Below are positions 63,518-64,000 of a stretch of 64,000 nt of DNA, piece by piece (the stretch's first letter is position 1; each line of letters starts with the position of its first letter). A program made the translations under genes and the position numbers. The DNA is from Bigelowiella natans CCMP2755. Lineage: Eukaryota; Protista; Cercozoa. Under the pieces are notes generated by a model. The model had not been told where the DNA came from. It made no database searches and worked only from the letters and a program-made list of their open reading frames with translations. The stretch covers positions 254,430 to 318,429 of the forward strand of contig ADNK01002519.1 in assembly GCA_000320545.1 (NCBI GenBank), in the 5' to 3' direction.

Positions 63518-64000
63518 AGGCATTTCCCCCAGATGTCGACCAAGTGATACGAAGAGGCGAACTAGGATTCCGCATGTGGTAAGGAGGAGGAGGAGGAGGA
63601 TCATGTGTTTAGATGATGATAACATAATAATAATAATAATCATAATAATCATGATAATAGCGCTGAAACTATGATAAGAATAGGAGGAATGTGAAAATGA
63701 CGAATCATGGACAATGCTATTAAATCAAATATATGCATCGGAAAGATACACTGCTCCGCGCAGCTTCCTCTCTCACGGACTTTCCTCTCCCCCCTCTTTC
63801 CGCTCACAGGAAAGCAGTGTGGCGCAACGATGTGAATGCAACGAGAAGGCTGTTAGATAAAGACCCTGGTAAGTATCGGATGGATATGTTGTTTCGATGA
63901 TAATGCTTGTTCAAGTCTGTCTGGTAGTGCTCTGCTGTTCTTGTTTGTGTATCGTCGCTTATCGCCAAAATGTGAAAATCATGAATGCTCCTCCCCCTCC
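58444..64000 (+). CDS. Hypothetical protein with N-terminal hydrophobic signal/anchor; many short exons, runs off window
   Basis: The first exon has a hydrophobic stretch and VLRLSGG, followed by many AG/GT-bounded short coding-like exons (e.g. NKFPDYWARRLYAE|GRTVTYAIDWQPHNNTETAKAILKWFE). Could be more than one gene. Confidence 0.6.

Noticed and set aside
2178-63674. Many short ORFs with CVCVCV, YIYIYI, LSLSLS, THTHTH, poly-M/C/R/L runs
   Set aside because: They are translations of intronic microsatellites, not proteins.
1-64000. tRNA, rRNA, CRISPR arrays, telomeric repeats, DNA-transposon TIRs
   Set aside because: None recognisable by eye; the only tRNA-like sequence is the short PBS.

Overview
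A gene-dense, intron-rich eukaryotic nuclear window. It most likely comes from a flagellated alga with a complex (secondary) plastid: a bacterial-type SRP54 carries a signal peptide plus a basic transit-like peptide, and ARL6/BBS3 is present. The style resembles a chlorarachniophyte, but this cannot be proven from the sequence. Many introns are packed with microsatellites, so most short ORFs in the track are artefacts or single exons. About 14 host genes can be reconstructed by eye: a SET/Rubisco-LSMT methyltransferase (5'-truncated), a Gpc1/GPCAT-ACP-Aas-type acyl-ligase fusion, a mitochondrial carrier, a hypothetical membrane protein, striatin, VPS29, ECM29, a hypothetical protein, ARL6, a C2H2 zinc-finger protein, a PTGES2-like GST, plastid SRP54, a clan GH-A glycoside hydrolase, and a 3'-truncated hypothetical protein. 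There is also one very young Ty3/Gypsy-like LTR retrotransposon (identical 326-bp LTRs, 4-bp TSD) whose integrase is reduced to a stop-interrupted zinc finger. The best candidate for an undescribed system is the fusion at 5008-9485 (-). It joins a eukaryotic glycerophosphocholine acyltransferase (DUF2838) membrane domain, within one exon, to a phosphopantetheine carrier domain and a bacterial Aas-like adenylation domain, suggesting a self-contained, CoA-independent acylation enzyme. Exon boundaries were read manually and gene ends are approximate where stated.
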